Source: a virus
Taxonomy: Duplodnaviria; Caudoviricetes
IMG/VR virus record: IMGVR_UViG_3300047561_000339
Location: 1-33,647 of that record
Length of the DNA: 33,647 nt
Reading direction: 5' to 3' (one strand)
In this document: in pieces, positions 26,677-33,647 of the stretch
How positions within the stretch are numbered: the first letter of the stretch is position 1
Layout: each line of letters opens with the position of its first letter
Notes under the pieces: generated by a model
What the model was told of the DNA's origin: nothing
Database searches by the model: none
What the model saw: only the letters and a program-made list of their open reading frames with translations
Position numbers and translations under genes: made by a program

Positions 26677-27095
26677 ATGACGAAAATTTAAATAGCTGGC
26701 TTAAATTTATCATTGGTATTTCCTTTTGCATGATCCTATTCATGATGGCTAGTCTGTCAATGTACAGCGTGGTCTTTGTGACCCAGCCAATGAGCGGTAT
26801 GGCTCCTGCGGACAAACAGTTTTTCCTACTGCTCTCAGACATGAGCAAATATATTTTGGGGGCCTTGGCTACTTTGATAGCAGTGAAAGGCAAAGATCAG
26901 TTCGTACCACCTGGTCTATCTACCGACAAAGAACGTGCAGAAGCAATGAAGCCTACGCCACCTACTGTCCCCCCGCCTGCTCCAATGACACCATCGCAGC
27001 GTATTGAGCCAAGCATTGACACAGCGCAAGCATTGCCAGTGGCGGGATTTAATGGCAAGCCAGCACCGCCACCAGCCCCACAACCGGAGATTTGA
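26673..27095 (+). CDS. Holin-like two-TM protein with Pro-rich tail
   Basis: Two hydrophobic segments, located in the lysis cassette. Confidence 0.6.
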   Translation: MNDENLNSWLKFIIGISFCMILFMMASLSMYSVVFVTQPMSGMAPADKQFFLLLSDMSKYILGALATLIAVKGKDQFVPPGLSTDKERAEAMKPTPPTVPPPAPMTPSQRIEPSIDTAQALPVAGFNGKPAPPPAPQPEI

Positions 27096-27096
27096 T

Positions 27097-27252
27097 ATGA
27101 AATTTTTATACAGTTTTTTCTTACTTTTTCCAATGGTCTGCTTTGCTGGTGGTGAAATGAAGAAGGTTTGCCATGATGAGAAAGGCAAGCAAGTCTGCAA
27201 GACAATCAAGGTTCACAAAAAACTAGAAGGCACTAAGGTTCCTACGAAATGA
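27097..27252 (+). CDS. Small basic secreted protein (51 aa)
   Basis: Signal peptide MKFLYSFFLLFPMVCFA, two Cys in the mature part, GGAG RBS. Confidence 0.65.
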   Translation: MKFLYSFFLLFPMVCFAGGEMKKVCHDEKGKQVCKTIKVHKKLEGTKVPTK

Positions 27253-27713
27253 ATCCGTACTTCATAGTCGGTGTGCTTATAGCAGTTGGTGGTGCTTACA
27301 CCACTGGCCACTGGCAAGGTGACACCGCTGGCCAGGCTAAAGTCCAAGCGCAATGGGACAAAGAAAAGGCCAAGCAGATGGCTGAGTATGCGGAGAACAT
27401 GAGACTAGCCAGAGAAAAAGAGCAGGCACTGCAGGTAGGCGCTAATAATTTACGTGAGGAAAAAGACCGTGAAATCAGGAATATTAATGCTCGCTCTATT
27501 GCCTTGGCTAACAGCCTGCGCGACCGGCCAGATCGAAGCACCACCGAAAGCAGTACCGTGTCCGGTACCGCCGCAGCTTGTAGTGGAGCCTCCGGTGCGC
27601 AACTGGCAAGAGGAGATGCAATCTTTCTTGCGGGGTACAGTGCCGATGCCGCCGCCCTTAAAGCAGCCTTAGACCAATGCGTTAAGCAGTATCAGTCTCT
27701 TTCTCGTCCGTGA
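27249..27713 (+). CDS. Rz: Inner-membrane spanin (Rz-like)
   Basis: N-terminal TM, coiled coil and C-terminal Cys. Contains an embedded lipoprotein gene. Confidence 0.8.
   Translation: MNPYFIVGVLIAVGGAYTTGHWQGDTAGQAKVQAQWDKEKAKQMAEYAENMRLAREKEQALQVGANNLREEKDREIRNINARSIALANSLRDRPDRSTTESSTVSGTAAACSGASGAQLARGDAIFLAGYSADAAALKAALDQCVKQYQSLSRP
27454..27672 (+). CDS. Rz1: Outer-membrane spanin lipoprotein (Rz1-like), embedded in +1 frame
   Basis: Lipobox LTAC and Pro-rich mature part, fully nested in Rz as in lambda. Confidence 0.8.
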   Translation: MRKKTVKSGILMLALLPWLTACATGQIEAPPKAVPCPVPPQLVVEPPVRNWQEEMQSFLRGTVPMPPPLKQP

Positions 27714-28686
27714 GCTGCGCACCAAGGTGACGAATCTTTAAATTGTAAACTGAGATTATTTCGCTCTTAATCGGCAGGCCAATCTTGTTTATCTGATCGT
27801 CATTAACTGACCTGAATTTTTTCAGGATACTCATGCGCTCTCGCACAGGTCGCTTGCCTGCATGCGCAGTAGCTTTCATCAGCTTCATTAGTTCATCGCC
27901 CCAGGCTTGCGCAGTAGGATGGGTGCTATGCACTTTGGGTTCATCAGTATCAGTCGGCACATACAAAGCAATAGCTAGGTCTTCAGTTACTTCTGGAATA
28001 TCTACTATCTCCACGACACTCACATCCTCCACTACCTCTACTGCTTCGACCTCCTCTACAACTACAGGTTCTGGTTTAACTTCTGGCGCTGGTGGTGCAA
28101 TCATGTCTAGGGGATTCGCAGGCGCTAGCATGACATCCTTCATTGGCTTGGGCTTTGCCTCATCAGGATAGTCGTGAGCCTCTTCGCTAGTAATTAAACC
28201 TTTCAGTACATCAGGGAACGCATCACGCAATGCAAAGCCTCGCGCACGCATCTGTAGCATTCTTTTAGGGTAGCTAGTCCAAGGCCCCTGCTTGCCCCAC
28301 AGGCCAGCCTTCTTAGCATCCTCGACGCTAAACTTAGCAGTGACAGGAGTTCTGTTTTTGCGCTTAGCAACACAGATGGCCACAGGGTTTGGTGTCCCCT
28401 CTCCTTCAATACTTTCTTCAATGCCTTCGCAGACAGGAGAGGCTTGCACCATAGCAAGCGCAGCATCGCCGTAGACACTTGGCTTGCCATTGATCACACT
28501 AATGTTTTGCAATGCTTGCAGAGGAGCTAGACCAATCTCAAAGCCCCAACTAATGGCCACCAACGTATCACTAGGATTGTTCTGGTATTGCTTTGGCACC
28601 ATCGTTGACCTGGCTAGCATCTCTGCATAGCGCTCAGCTTCAGCCATTGTTGTTGGCATCAAGGTCTGTCTATTAATGAGATTCAT
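27682..28686 (-). CDS. RecT/Bet-like single-strand annealing protein
   Basis: G.EIGL.P.QALQNI.VINGKPS and W..YPKRML..RA..FALRDAFPDVL.G motifs. GAGGA RBS before ATG 28686, and it is adjacent to the exonuclease. Confidence 0.85.
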   Translation of the reverse strand: MNLINRQTLMPTTMAEAERYAEMLARSTMVPKQYQNNPSDTLVAISWGFEIGLAPLQALQNISVINGKPSVYGDAALAMVQASPVCEGIEESIEGEGTPNPVAICVAKRKNRTPVTAKFSVEDAKKAGLWGKQGPWTSYPKRMLQMRARGFALRDAFPDVLKGLITSEEAHDYPDEAKPKPMKDVMLAPANPLDMIAPPAPEVKPEPVVVEEVEAVEVVEDVSVVEIVDIPEVTEDLAIALYVPTDTDEPKVHSTHPTAQAWGDELMKLMKATAHAGKRPVRERMSILKKFRSVNDDQINKIGLPIKSEIISVYNLKIRHLGAQLTDEKETDTA

Positions 28687-28840
28687 ATGTGTCCTCGTCT
28701 GCGTAAACTTTAAGAGTTTCAAACACCAGCGCCATCAAGCTATCGACAATCTCGCAAGCTTCGTTCTGATTAAGTTTAGGAATGTTGCCAACCAAGGCCG
28801 CAACAGTTCTTGCATGAGCATGTCTTAATTCGTCGTTCAT
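28673..28840 (-). CDS. Hypothetical protein (55 aa)
   Basis: MNDELRHAH... with AGGAG RBS, overlapping both neighbours. Confidence 0.65.
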   Translation of the reverse strand: MNDELRHAHARTVAALVGNIPKLNQNEACEIVDSLMALVFETLKVYADEDTYESH

Positions 28841-29790
28841 GTTCGCTCCTTGATTGACAACGTTGATTGGCGAATTATGTAAGCTTCCTTGGCTGCAACG
28901 ATCCGCTCCGTTGTCGCTTTGTATGTGCGCATTGGCCACTTAACTTCAAACTCCCCTATTACTCCACGGCTTGCGTCACCCAGCATGGCTTTGAGTTCAA
29001 CCTCTGCTTCGGCACGACTGCGCTCTGCATCATCTATTGCCTGCTTACTGGCCAATATCTGATTGCACAACTGAGCTGCTTTAGATGGCAGGTCAACAGT
29101 CTTGTCTTGAGCATTAGGAAAGATACGATCAGCATCTTTGCTGCTTGATGGTGGGTAGAAATCAATTTCACCATTGGCGCGAAACTTCTCTAGCTTGTTT
29201 TGGAACTCAAGCACAGCTGCTTTGATCGTTGCCAGCGTCTGAGCATGAGGCTCAAACAGAAACACTCGCATAGTGGTGCCTTGGTACAGCACGCACAAAG
29301 CGCCCCACTTGGCCTCCATGATGTCCATCTGAGCCTGTAACTGCACTGGCCCACGATACAGCGCTGGAATCTCTTCTGGCATTACAGCTGTCAACTTAGC
29401 CTCAAGCACTCCCATGCCTGTTAGCGTGATCTGATCGCTACCAATAACAAAAATGCCTGCATCAGGGTCTGACTTGATGACCTGGTTGCGGCCATCAGCG
29501 TATCCATCCAGGCTGCAGGCCAAAGGCATTGATGGGTGATAGAAGGCAGTATCAAACTCAGTAGACAAGCTCGATAACTGCAATCTCTCAGACGCTTCAC
29601 GCAAGATCATTGACTCCAGACGATCACCCCAACGCATTGCCTCATTGGTAATGTCTGGCCGCTTGTTTCCTCTTAGCGCTTCTATTGAAGTCTGCAATTC
29701 GTCATTGGCACTCTGATATCTACTTAGACCCAACAATGCTGGCAGACGAGATGCCGACATAACACTATCCGGTGTTTTTTTTCCTGACAT
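28837..29790 (-). CDS. YqaJ-like (lambda-type) exonuclease
   Basis: SAS...LLG.S.Y, WG..LE, SLDG, LEAK and QLQAQM motifs. Confidence 0.88.
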   Translation of the reverse strand: MSGKKTPDSVMSASRLPALLGLSRYQSANDELQTSIEALRGNKRPDITNEAMRWGDRLESMILREASERLQLSSLSTEFDTAFYHPSMPLACSLDGYADGRNQVIKSDPDAGIFVIGSDQITLTGMGVLEAKLTAVMPEEIPALYRGPVQLQAQMDIMEAKWGALCVLYQGTTMRVFLFEPHAQTLATIKAAVLEFQNKLEKFRANGEIDFYPPSSSKDADRIFPNAQDKTVDLPSKAAQLCNQILASKQAIDDAERSRAEAEVELKAMLGDASRGVIGEFEVKWPMRTYKATTERIVAAKEAYIIRQSTLSIKERT

Positions 29791-29801
29791 TTGGATGTCC
29801 T

Positions 29802-30095
29802 TTAATCTATTAATTTATAGACGCGCACGACCCTAGCGTGCGCAGCTTTATGAGCTGCTTCTATAAAACCGACAGCTTGGAATCGTTTGCTTTTAAAGAC
29901 CGATCCCAATACGGAGGGATGGACATGAGCGGGTAAGAGAACCTGTGCGCGTATGTCATTGATACTCACAGTGCCTACTTTTTGAGCAACCTCAACAGCT
30001 ATGGTTCGGCAGTGACTGAGAAACTCTGTGTCTCTCTGCTCAAACAAAGCAAGTTGGCTATCACGCAACGATCTGCCGATGGTTAAATCGTTCAT
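29802..30095 (-). CDS. Hypothetical protein, possible winged helix
   Basis: 97 aa with AAGGAG RBS. Confidence 0.7.
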   Translation of the reverse strand: MNDLTIGRSLRDSQLALFEQRDTEFLSHCRTIAVEVAQKVGTVSINDIRAQVLLPAHVHPSVLGSVFKSKRFQAVGFIEAAHKAAHARVVRVYKLID

Positions 30096-30104
30096 AGCTG
30101 CTCC

Positions 30105-30371
30105 TTAAATGAAAGAAGCGGCTAATAAAACGCAAACAAAAAGCAGCGTTACTGCTGCTTCTGCGGCAATTTGTTTGATCTTTTCGCGGAAAAGTTGATC
30201 TTGAAATTGACTTAAACGTGAGTCATTCCAAGATTCAAAAGAATTGAAGTGCGGTGCAATACTTCGGTTTTTGTTGCCACAATAACCAGAATACAAATTA
30301 TGCGCATTTGGTTTTATACCTTTTGACCCAGAACTGGCTTGCCTGCTGTACCTCGCTAGTGAATCCGCCAT
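30105..30371 (-). CDS. Hypothetical protein with C-terminal hydrophobic anchor
   Basis: GGAG RBS favours ATG 30371 (alternative 30383). Confidence 0.6.
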   Translation of the reverse strand: MADSLARYSRQASSGSKGIKPNAHNLYSGYCGNKNRSIAPHFNSFESWNDSRLSQFQDQLFREKIKQIAAEAAVTLLFVCVLLAASFI

Positions 30372-30438
30372 GTTAAGCTCCATTTAATTGATGTTATCAG
30401 TTAATTAAAGAAATCAAACCTCATTTTGCCGCTGCCTA

Positions 30439-30786
30439 CTACCCGTAGGGATTGTCTTTCATCTTTCGGAATGCTTTTTTACCAATAGCACCTTTATTTG
30501 TAATCTTTAATTCTCTTGATGCGTTCTCCATTGCATAGCGACCCTCAAGAATTCTCCAAATATCTGAGCGTTTATCTTCCCAGCCTATGTGCTGCAACTT
30601 CTTTGCTAGTTCTTCAAACGTTTTGGCTGCCCATTTAACGTCCTCAATCGTTAGGATTGGAACGTCTAAACGGCAATTCAACCCCCTGCCTACACGGTTA
30701 AAATACTTAGCGACTGTCTTCCTATCAAGATCAATCATGCCGTCCAGTGGCTTCACTGGTTTAGTGTCATATTGTTCATTGTCCAT
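30439..30786 (-). CDS. Hypothetical protein
   Basis: 115 aa with GAGGG RBS and a candidate promoter upstream. Confidence 0.7.
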   Translation of the reverse strand: MDNEQYDTKPVKPLDGMIDLDRKTVAKYFNRVGRGLNCRLDVPILTIEDVKWAAKTFEELAKKLQHIGWEDKRSDIWRILEGRYAMENASRELKITNKGAIGKKAFRKMKDNPYG

Positions 30787-30821
30787 TTAAAAGACCCTCT
30801 TCAATTTCATACCGGCTTTTT

Positions 30822-30851
30822 AAAATACCTTCTATTACATTTCAGTGTCAA
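30822..30851 (-). promoter_or_regulatory. Putative leftward promoter TTGACA-18-TATTTT
   Basis: Perfect -35 in AT-rich intergenic DNA. Its upstream flank is shared with the promoter at 31642-31671. Confidence 0.45.
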
Positions 30852-30894
30852 GAAATAAAAGGAACATATGGTTAAATAAAAAAACTTGCTGTAC

Positions 30895-31587
30895 TTATAA
30901 TTTTTTGATCCTATTAAGCAGATTTGCAACTTGTGAGGCGTACCAATCTGTGCGGCCACGAGGCGTTTGAACACCGCGAGCTGTTAGCGATTCTGCAATC
31001 TCGCGCAAGGTCTTAGCGCCTGTCTTTTTGATAATGTCTTGCACGATTGGGCCGACTCTGTTGGCATAGTCATCTGCTTGCTTCTTGATAACTATCATTG
31101 CTGCATCGCTGCCAATTTGCGGAGACGGTGAGCCTAATTTCTTGCCCTTTTTCTTCAATTCAGACAACGCAGCTTTGGTACGAGCGGAAATAATTCTTGC
31201 TTCATGCTCCGCAAATACTGACAACATATGCAACATAGTCCTGTCAGCAGACGGCATGTCTGCGCACAAGAACTTCACGTTGGAATTAAGAAGCGTTGAG
31301 ATAAATTGAACGTCGCGTGCCAAGCGGTCCAGCTTGGCCACAACTAATACGGCTTTCTGCTTACGAGCCAATTCGATGGCTGCAGCCAAGATTGGTCGGT
31401 GCTTAAGTCGTTTTCTAGTACCGGATTCAATTTCTGTGAACTCGCCAATAAGCGACCACTTGCCGCCATTAAGAAAGTCTTTAACGCGCTGGCGTTGTAC
31501 ATCCATGCCTAGCCCATTTTCGCCCTGCTTGTCAGTACTAACCCTGTAGTAGGCAACGAACTTGCCAGTGTGTGGGGTTGATTCCAT
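30895..31587 (-). CDS. Serine recombinase (resolvase catalytic domain plus C-terminal DNA-binding/recombinase domain)
   Basis: YYRVSTDKQ with catalytic Ser, ESG...RP.L, KLDRLAR, E...IS.RTK and LREIA..L..RG..TPRG..W motifs. Confidence 0.92.
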   Translation of the reverse strand: MESTPHTGKFVAYYRVSTDKQGENGLGMDVQRQRVKDFLNGGKWSLIGEFTEIESGTRKRLKHRPILAAAIELARKQKAVLVVAKLDRLARDVQFISTLLNSNVKFLCADMPSADRTMLHMLSVFAEHEARIISARTKAALSELKKKGKKLGSPSPQIGSDAAMIVIKKQADDYANRVGPIVQDIIKKTGAKTLREIAESLTARGVQTPRGRTDWYASQVANLLNRIKKL

Positions 31588-31641
31588 TTTCTGCTCCTGT
31601 TTATCGGTGGCATCTAGCGACCTAAACTTGGTCGATGGCCA

Positions 31642-31671
31642 ATCATAATCTTGCTACGCGCAATATGTCAA
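31642..31671 (-). promoter_or_regulatory. Leftward early promoter TTGACA-18-TATGAT
   Basis: Near-consensus sigma70 site in the divergent intergenic region upstream of the recombinase. Confidence 0.65.
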
Positions 31672-31775
31672 GAAATCAAACGTATCATTTGAAGTTATTG
31701 CTATCTTTGCAAGCGTTCCCACCGTTTGAATCTTGTGCTATATATCTGCGCAATACTACCTTTTGATTATTGGAC

Positions 31776-31964
31776 ATGAAAAACAAACACCAAAACTTCA
31801 TGATGCGTATGCGTCCAGAAGTGAGACTTTTGCTAGACAAGGCAGCAGAGGATCAGCGACGCACGCGAGTCTCTTTGCTTGAAGAACTAATCGTTGAGGC
31901 CTTTGAAAGACGCTACGCAAGCAGTGCTGATCGCCTGCGGCAGATGCTTGAGCAGGCAGCATGA
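31776..31964 (+). CDS. Arc/ribbon-helix-helix transcriptional regulator
   Basis: FMMRMRPEVR..L..AA....R pattern. First gene of the rightward arm. Confidence 0.75.
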   Translation: MKNKHQNFMMRMRPEVRLLLDKAAEDQRRTRVSLLEELIVEAFERRYASSADRLRQMLEQAA

Positions 31965-32281
31965 ACGGCAGAGGCAAAGCAAAAAAGGGATCCGCTGGTG
32001 AGCGTGAGTTAGCTGCATTACTCACTGACCAGCTGGGCTTTGTTGTTAAGCGAAACCTTGGCCAAGCTAGAGACGGAGCTGATGACATCACGATCCAGCA
32101 TTTCAGGATCGAGGTGAAGCGCCAAGAGCGGCTGCAGATAGACGCATGGAGTGCGCAGGTTGAGGCCTGCACACAACCTGGTGAGGTCGCAGTGCTGGCT
32201 TACCGACGCAATGGCCAGCCTTGGCGAATCTGTTTGAAGTTAGATGACTTTATTCCACTGATGAGGGAGTCGATCAAATGA
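31961..32281 (+). CDS. Holliday junction resolvase, PD-(D/E)xK (Hjc-like)
   Basis: KG..GERE, GADD and IEVKR motifs. Confidence 0.8.
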   Translation: MNGRGKAKKGSAGERELAALLTDQLGFVVKRNLGQARDGADDITIQHFRIEVKRQERLQIDAWSAQVEACTQPGEVAVLAYRRNGQPWRICLKLDDFIPLMRESIK

Positions 32282-32610
32282 GCTGGAGCCATATTGTTGC
32301 TGATTGGGGTGGAGTCAAGGTGCAGCTGATAGGCACTGAAGGCAGGCAGATTATCCGCATGGGAACTGGTCAGCACAAGGAGGCAGAAGGTCGCGGCAGG
32401 GAGATGCGAGAAGTCATTGTTGAGATGCTCCAGGAGTATGGCCAGCTGAGTACATCGGAGCTGTACGACGAGCTAAGCGTTGAAGGTTTTCATGTCACCT
32501 ACGAGTCGCTGTACTCAGTACTGAAGAAGATGAATAAGAAAGCAGTACTCAGTAAAAAGATTATTGATTCGCTACACGGCGGTAAAGGTATCGCGTTGTG
32601 GCGACTATAA
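32278..32610 (+). CDS. Winged-helix DNA-binding protein
   Basis: LSTSELYDEL...YESLYSVLKKM...W pattern. ATGA coupling. Confidence 0.6.
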   Translation: MSWSHIVADWGGVKVQLIGTEGRQIIRMGTGQHKEAEGRGREMREVIVEMLQEYGQLSTSELYDELSVEGFHVTYESLYSVLKKMNKKAVLSKKIIDSLHGGKGIALWRL

Positions 32611-32801
32611 GGGAAAAGATGGATTCAGAAGTCGAACTGGTTGCTAGGTCAGCCAAGTACTGCAGCAACTGCAGGCAGCACAAGTTCAGGTTTGAAGGTG
32701 TTTACAAGACGTTTGCAGGCGGTCTGAGGCAGCGTTGGGTATGTGCAGAGTGCGCTAAAAAAGGAGTTAAGCATGCGACCAAAGTTAACGTTAGCAAGTA
32801 G
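32598..32801 (+). CDS. Small zinc-finger protein
   Basis: CSNC...CAEC. Confidence 0.65.
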   Translation: MATIREKMDSEVELVARSAKYCSNCRQHKFRFEGVYKTFAGGLRQRWVCAECAKKGVKHATKVNVSK

Positions 32802-32958
32802 TCAGGATGATGCTGAAGTGAAGGCGAAAGATGAACCTGAAGCCAAGGACATGACGGCATCAGTGTGGAACCCTAACTTCAAATACAAGCCAGCTGGGTC
32901 AAGCATTGATCTAGCGAAGAAGTTTGCACGCATACGCCGACAGCAGGAAAAGAAATGA
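32773..32958 (+). CDS. Hypothetical protein
   Basis: AAGGAG RBS before ATG 32773. FKYKPA...DL...FARIR motif. Confidence 0.65.
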   Translation: MRPKLTLASSQDDAEVKAKDEPEAKDMTASVWNPNFKYKPAGSSIDLAKKFARIRRQQEKK

Positions 32959-33128
32959 AGAAGGCAGCCTACCCAAGTAGCTCATATGGTGAGCCAGGCA
33001 TGAGTCTTAGGGATTGGTATGCAGGCCTAGCGATGGCTGCGTTGATTACTGAATACAACGACCTGGAGAAGGTTTGTAATGACGCTTGGAGGTTAGCTGA
33101 CTTGATGATTGAGAAGCGTGGCGAATAG
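32955..33128 (+). CDS. Small phage protein (GMSLRDWYA...ADLM family), not in the ORF track
   Basis: 57-aa ORF MKKAAYP...GMSLRDWYAGLAM, ATGA-coupled to the upstream gene. Confidence 0.75.
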   Translation: MKKAAYPSSSYGEPGMSLRDWYAGLAMAALITEYNDLEKVCNDAWRLADLMIEKRGE

Positions 33129-33375
33129 GTTTTGTACAAAATGCAACAGAACCCATTGGGAACCCAGACTACTGCTGATTGACGGAGTTGAGCTTTGTAC
33201 GCACAGCAAGGCCTACCAGGTTGAATGCGAGATCAGGTACGCAATGGCACTGCCAGACAAGGCAACGAAGAGGCAGATAAGCAAGGTGATGTACCTGAAC
33301 AAGATTGAGGACGAGCGCGGCAAGGACGAGCGTTTAAAGCTGCGTGAAGAGATGGTAAGGAGATATAAGAAATGA
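33118..33375 (+). CDS. Hypothetical protein with CxxC
   Basis: Overlaps both neighbours. Start is uncertain (GTG 33118 or TTG 33109). Confidence 0.65.
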   Translation: MANRFCTKCNRTHWEPRLLLIDGVELCTHSKAYQVECEIRYAMALPDKATKRQISKVMYLNKIEDERGKDERLKLREEMVRRYKK

Positions 33376-33476
33376 TCGTTGTATTGATGGCAGGCATAGG
33401 CATTGGATTAATGATGACAGGGCTAGCAGTGTTAGCTGCAGGCATCTGTGCATACGTTGCGATGGTGGAGGAATGA
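33372..33476 (+). CDS. 34-aa hydrophobic membrane peptide, not in the ORF track
   Basis: MIVVLMAGIGIGLMMTGLAVLAAGICAYVAMVEE with ATGA overlaps at both ends. Confidence 0.65.
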   Translation: MIVVLMAGIGIGLMMTGLAVLAAGICAYVAMVEE

Positions 33477-33647
33477 ACGCCCTGCCAAGCAACGTCGTGG
33501 ACTTCAAGATACCCAAGCGTAAGCCCAAGGTCGTGGAGAAGGAGCAGCCACCAGACCAGAGACGCATGACGATCATGCCCATCAGAGCCATTACGGACAA
33601 GGGTATGACGGATCATGCATTCAGGATATTTGCGCTGGTCTGCAGCT
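33473..33647 (+). CDS. 5' part of the HTH replication initiator (continues at 128-924)
   Basis: GGAGG RBS and ATG 33473 (MNALPSNVVDFKIPKRKPKVVEKEQ), in frame with the ORF at 13. Confidence 0.8.
   Translation, partial: MNALPSNVVDFKIPKRKPKVVEKEQPPDQRRMTIMPIRAITDKGMTDHAFRIFALVCS
33521..33647. repeat. 127-bp terminal direct repeat, right copy
   Basis: Identical to 1-127. Confidence 0.95.

Noticed and set aside
2897-27544. Other minus-strand ORFs in the late region (e.g. 8171-8611, 13922-14248, 25327-25707)
   Set aside because: They look like antisense shadows of coding frames. I saw no promoter-plus-RBS combination like the one at 16964-17012.
33521-33647. Terminal repeat as a biological direct terminal repeat
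   Set aside because: It is exactly 127 bp (a typical k-mer) and falls mid-gene, so an assembly circularisation overlap is the better explanation.
1-33647. Alternative genetic code or stop-codon reassignment
   Set aside because: All core genes are full length in the standard code, and TAA, TAG and TGA are all used as stops.

Overview
This window is a complete, circularly assembled podovirus-type phage genome of about 33,520 bp. Bases 1-127 are repeated exactly at 33521-33647, and the first gene runs across that junction. The + strand carries a T7/BPP-1/HTVC010P-style packaging and virion module: terS, terL, portal, Bbp19-like protein, scaffold, major capsid, tail tubular A and B, four internal virion (ejection) proteins, tail fibre and LamG receptor-binding proteins. 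A large Gram-negative lysis cassette follows (GH19 endolysin, holin-like proteins, embedded Rz/Rz1 spanins). A leftward arm encodes a serine recombinase, a YqaJ exonuclease and a RecT-like annealase. A rightward early arm encodes an Arc-like regulator, a Holliday junction resolvase and an HTH replication initiator with internal iteron-like repeats. I see no DNA or RNA polymerase, helicase, CI repressor, tRNA, CRISPR array or reverse transcriptase. The most striking element is a predicted ejection protein (15547-17025) with a C-terminal RelA/SpoT-family (alarmone synthetase/toxSAS-like) domain. A 67-aa gene is nested antisense in its 3' end, with its own TTGACA-17-TAGGCT promoter and GGAGG ribosome-binding site. 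This is a candidate virion-delivered toxin with an overprinted immunity gene. All functional calls come from motif recognition and gene order by eye; no database searches were run.
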